Source of the DNA: a virus
Taxonomy: Duplodnaviria; Caudoviricetes
Direction: 5' to 3' (one strand)
IMG/VR virus record: IMGVR_UViG_3300042291_000667
Location: 1-51,428 of that record
DNA length: 51,428 nucleotides
The notes under the pieces: generated by a model
What the model saw: only the letters and a program-made list of their open reading frames with translations
Told to the model about the DNA's origin: nothing
Database searches by the model: none
Position numbers and translations under genes: made by a program
Shown here: positions 39,201 to 45,200 of the stretch, piece by piece
How positions within the stretch are numbered: the first letter of the stretch is position 1
Layout: each line of letters opens with the position of its first letter

Positions 39201-42200
39201 CGTTGACTACACGAACAGCACCAAGCTGCACTGGCTGATTTGTGCTGAAGTCGCCCTTGTCACGGTCAGGGAATCCAGTTGTTTCGTAGTCAAAGAAAAC
39301 GAGTTCAGTGTTGCGAAGTCTTTCGCGTACTTCTTCCCAACCAGAAGCTCCGTCAATCAGTTCAGCAGCTGATCCGGTAAATGCCGGTGCCTTAGGCTCA
39401 AACGGACGCTTTGGACGATGAAGAGCTGGCTTGTCTCCCTTTGGAGGAATTGGAGCTCCGCGGAATACATCAATGACGGTTCCTTCGTTCCATTCTTTGC
39501 GCTGTGTTTCGTGCCCTGGGAAGTATCCTTCAACGCTGATCTTGCCCTTAGGCGTGTCAGCATCGTGAAACACGCGCTCAATGGTAAACGAATCGCCTGC
39601 TGTGATATCTTCAGGCTGAAGATCGCGTGCTGCGTAGCCCATGCTTGTCGCCAACGAAGTTGGCTCGCCAAGAATGTCTGCGTCTGGATTGACTGTGTCA
39701 AGGCCATAACGGCTAAGAATCTGCTCACGGCGTGCAATCAAAATACGCGATACTTCGCGTGCTTCGTCTGGATCTTTAATCGCTGACGCAACCATGTCAA
39801 TGATTCGTGATGGAGAGATGTCAAGAAGTCGGCGTGCGCTACGCGCAACATCGTCTTCTGTCATGCCGCCAAACACTACCGCGGCCGCTTTAATTCTTGC
39901 CAAATCTGGATCACGCATTGTGTCGAGTTCTGTAACGTCTTCGTCGAACCATGGCTTAGAGCCGCCTGTTGCTCTCCACCTAAGAGCACCACCGTTGTCA
40001 ATACGGAACGGTTGTCCGTCTGAGCCAGGAACAATATTGTCGTATTCCATGCCAGTGACATCATAGTTAGAAAGCCACGCATCAACCGCAAAACCATCAC
40101 GAACTTGGCTCATAAATTCTTCATTGCGAAGCATGCCGCGGAAATTGCCCTCGTCAGAGATAATCGGGCTAACTAAGTACAGCTCACCATCGCGCATTCC
40201 AAATCCCTGTGCAGGTGATGGAAGCCCAAGCTCATTATAGAACGCGGTCGCAAGTGTTTCATTGTCAACATGTGACTGCGAGCGGCCTTTCTTAATGTAG
40301 TACTTCTTACCGTACGGATCTTTAAAGTAGCCGCCTTCATTTGAACCAGCCTGTGAGGCAACCTTGACTTCTTTCCACATTGAAATGTCGCCGTAGTCAG
40401 GGACGAGGTTTTCTGTTGTAGGTTCATAGTCGGTGTTTTGGCCTCTTGAAGAAACCTGCTTGATTCTGACAATATGCTTTTCTTGAATGCTGCCTAGTTT
40501 GATGAACGAAGACTCAACAGACAAGACTTCAAATGTGCCGTACCCGAAGTGTTCTTTTTCATTCTCAAATGGTGAAATGTGATGAGCAGAAACTGTCATA
40601 CCGTCGCCGGGCTCAAGTACGAAGTACACTCTGTCGAATCCCTTGTTTCGAGAGTCTTGCTGCTCTGGATCGCCCTTTGTTACATCGCTAGATGTGAATG
40701 ACCTCGGGTCCATGTCAAAGACTGAACCCTTTGTAATGTACATGTCGAGTAGTGCGCTATTGTCCTTGGAAACTCCGACGTATCTGTAGAGTTTTTCTAC
40801 GTTTGGTCGCGCGGCCGCAGCAACAAGTCTTGCAAACGCAGCTGCTGTTGTCTTCGAGTTGAGATCATCTTCTCCATCAGCAAGACGTTGACGTCCGATC
40901 ACGAATTCAGGATATCCGCCGTAAGCACCTATGAGTTCTTCATATGCGTCTTGCGCAGCAAGCTCGCTACCTTCTGCGCGAACAAGCGCTTGAAATACTC
41001 TAGCTCTAAAGTGATCGTCGCTGTCAGTCAATCCTTCAAAGTCGATGCTGTCGCCGCCGTCAGTTGACATGAGCATTCCCCAGACGCCTCTAAATGCGTC
41101 ACGATCAGTATCACTTGGGCTTGTTGCAAGTGGAAGATATTGATCTAAAAACGTCCCCATGTTGACGCTTTGTTCGTCAGGATCATTGTCTTGGATCCAC
41201 ATAAGTCTGTCTGCAATGTCGACAAGCTTATCGTTGGGCTCGACGAAGTTTTCTAGTGATCTGACCACGCGAGACGCGGAATCTGGATTGGCAAGCATTC
41301 CGTTTAGAATTTTTGCTTGGTCGATTTGACTAGATCTGCTTGAGTCAGTCATGTCAATAATTGACTTTGAGAAACTGTCAATTGGCGCGTTGGCGGCATC
41401 TCTTGCTCTAATAGCTGATCGTTCCAGCGCTCGGTCTGTGTTTTCTTCTCCGCCGACGCCTGCGTCGTAGATGCCAGCAAGAATTACTTCAACATCACCA
41501 ATTCCTAATCGAGACACAGCGTCGTATATTGCCTCGGCACTTACATACTCATCAGCTTTGTCGAACTTGAGCAGTCCGTACCCTGTTGCTGGTGCACCTG
41601 TTTCTTCGTCTGGGCTAATCGCGTTCTTGAGTGCCCACAAAAGTGTGATTGCACTATACTTATTAGCAAGAACTGCTGGATCGTCAGTGTAGTCAGAACT
41701 CTGTACGTCGTCAGCTGCGCCCTTTGGCACGTATCGATCGAAGATATTGATTTTGTAGAAGCCTTCACCAACTGCGGGAAATGCGTCGTCAAACACAGCT
41801 TCACTAAACACACTTGGCGCATCAGTTGACTCAATGGTCTGACTGTCGTCAATTTCACCTGGAATAGACGCAGGCACTTCGTCGCTTGGGCGCTCGCGGT
41901 ACACGTTTGCCATAAGCTCGTCGACGCGATCTTCTCCAGCTGCGATGGCGATTGCATCTCGAAGGTCTTCTGGAGAGCCAAAGAAACGAACTACTCCTGG
42001 TTCAACAAAGCGAGCCTCTACTTGAACTGCGTTTTTCGAAGTCCACTGATCTACGTCTTGTTGATTTTGTACGTAATCTTCGCCGCCTTCGGCATAGAAA
42101 TCTGGAAGATCTACGCGGTAGCCAGCGAGCATCTTATCGCCTTGTTTCTGCGCGGCTGCGTAGTCCTCGGGTGACAGACCGAGCATGTTTGCAAGATCAG

Positions 42201-45200
42201 TGCTGGCGATTGAGCTGTCATCAACGGTGACTTCAACTCCTGGATACCCGCCGTGCCAGTCACTACCTGTTAACTCTGCAGTGAATCCGTAATCTTCTGT
42301 GTAGCGTCGAATTGTTTCTTCAACGTCTTCGGCGTAGCCGATGTCAAAGATAAACTTACGAGGTCCGCGGCGCATTCCTTCGATAAGAGTCGATGGATCT
42401 GACTTAAATGCTTCAGCAAGGTCCTGGTCATATTCATAGTCTTCAAGACTGACATAATCTCCTCTACCTGTGCGTGAAAAGTCAAATGCCTCTCCAAGAG
42501 ATCTAACCCAGACTTTCTTTGCTTTCTTATACTTGCTAAAGAATTGAGCTACGGCCTCATCAATGTCTGACTGCGGCATCGGCATAGTAAATACTGATGT
42601 GATTGAATTGAATGCTTCGTCGAACTGGTTAATCGCGCTTCGTGCGAGCCCTCTGTCTCCGCGCTCAACTTCTTCTTCGACACCGAGTCCGAACAAGTCT
42701 TCGAAGTCAAGGTTGTACACTTCCATCACTTTTGAAAGAGCGGTGAAGAACTCGCGAGCAGCCGCTCTACGGTACGCCAAGTCTTCTGCAAGCTGCGCGG
42801 CTGCGCCAGTTGCTGGAAACTCGTCAACCTTGTCGCTCTTACCTGACTTCTTGAGCTCTGGAATCATCTTTCCGAGAGAATCAGCAGCGGCAAATCGATC
42901 AACAAAATCTTGAGGAACATCGGAGTACTTGTAGATTCCGCCGCCCTTACCATCCTTTGATCCGAACTGTATAAAGAGGTCTTGTGTCTGAGGATCATAC
43001 GCAGCGCGATTGACAGCTGTGCTTCCCTTAGTATCAATTTCTTGCAGGCCTGTTTCTTTAGCGCGTGCGACTGGTTGTGCTGCAGGTGCTGCTGGAGCAG
43101 GCCACAGTGCGTCGACTATCTGATCAAGGTCTTCTTGCGGAAGATTGACGATGTCGTCAAGTTCCGTCTGCTTGAGCTTGCTGTCGACTGGCTTTGCAAA
43201 CTTGTCGAGGAAGAATTCTTTTTCTGCGTCAGCGGCGTACTCAAAACCGCGAAGCTTTGGACGGTTGTTCTTTGGATTGACAGTGATCTCAATCGGCGTA
43301 ACAACGCGAGGCTTTTCGTGGTAGAGGAATGAAACGTCTTTGCCGCTTGCAATAGCGCCTTCAATTGCAGAACGGAGTCCGTCTTGGTCGATTGATGTTA
43401 AATCAACTGGACCTTCCTGTGGTTTACTTTCATACGTATCAAGCAGCTGCTGTACGCCAGTGTTTCGTGGGCTGTCTTGGACAAACTTCTTAAAGTCTGG
43501 GTCGTTAGCAATTTTCTCGCGGAAGTTTGTTGCATTTTGCTGCGCATTAGCGATTTCTTCGTCACTAAGCGTGGTGAGGACAGGGCGATCAATTTGTCCA
43601 CTTGGCTTGTCTGGGCCGTAAAGATCATCGACGAAGAAGTTTTTTTCTTTTCCACCGTCAGACATGTCGAGCGCTGTAACAAGTTCTTTTCCTGTCTTAG
43701 GGTTAACCCAAAGACGCTGAGGATCAATTATACGATCTTTGCCTTTGTAGTTAACGCGAAGCTTTTGCTTCTTGTCCATCGCCATTTCAACGCGGCGACG
43801 ATTTAAGTCTACAAGAGGATCAGTATAGCTGTTGAAGTCGACGGTGTCTGGTTCTTGACTTACTTCGCCAGAGATAATGTTGTTGAGAGTCGAAAAGAGA
43901 TCATCTTTATCGAGATCTCCGCCACCGTTGTCATAGTCTGCTACTACATCACCAATTTTTTGCGCTTGATCTGATGAAATCTCACCGGCTTCTTCGAGAC
44001 CACGGATCTTTTGCAAGAACTCGGTGTCAGAGACTCTGCCATACACAAAGTCTTCAGCTGCAGAAGCTGCGTCTATTGGAGCTTCAGCGGCCTGTGGAGC
44101 TTTAGAAGCTTCAGGCATCGCTGAGATTTTGTCAACATTGTACGTGCGCTCGTCACCATCAGTAACTGACCAACCTGTGACGTTGCGATTTCCGTTTTTC
44201 TTGTTGTCGTAGATCTTCGAAGGCTGGAAAACAATATCTTTAGCGCCGTACTTAAAGCGAATGTTGTCGCCCTTGCTGATGACAGCATTAATTGCGTTCT
44301 CGAGCTGTTGACGTGACTCAAACGGCAGAAGGTCGCGTGTTACGCCTGTAGACGGACGATACTTAGGGACCTCTCTTTGCTCACTGCCGCCGCCTGTACC
44401 GCTGACAATGCGGAAGCCGTCTTTTTGAGCGTCATAGATTCCGTCACCGTCTTCTTCGTCAAAGTAAATAGTCTGACTTCCGTCTGACATTCTTACGTTG
44501 CCGCTTTGTTTGATCCAGCGAGTTTCTGTTATACCAGCGACAGGGTTCTTGTCACCAGGTGCACCGCGATCTCCGAGTGGGATGTATCTGGCCGCTTCAG
44601 CTGCTTTTTCTGCAGCGGCAGCTTTTTCATTTGCCTCTGCGTTGATCTTATTAACTTCAACCATGTCGGCATCGATGGCGTCGATCGCATCGTTCCACGA
44701 CGGAAGACCTCTTGCAACATTAATGTTGTCACCGTACGCTTGGTTAGCGACACCCCAACCCATGCGCCAGACTTCATACGTGCTGCCGTCTGTTCCTACG
44801 CGCTCCGTAATTGTGTGTGCGCTGTAGACACTGTCTGTATTTGGTTGGTGCGAGTACGACAACTTCGACGACCCGTAAGCAGTCCAACCAGGGCCGCTCT
44901 CACCGGGTTCGAGAGGGCCAGAGACACGGCTTGATGGCGGCTTTGGCTGAGTTGGGCCACCTGTCGGCGTCTCAGGCAGCGATCGGAGGTACTTCTTTTC
45001 GTGCTCACCATCAACGAATGCACCGCGATAGAAAACTGACGGTACTTGACCTGGTGTGCTGTCGACAAACTGTTCCTTCAGGAACTCCATCATGTCTGAG
45101 TCAGACGGATCAATCGGCTCAGCCTTGATCTCGTCATCGGGAACGGTCATCTCAGCTATGTAGTAGCTACCATCTTCATTGCGACCGTAAAGAACGTCAC

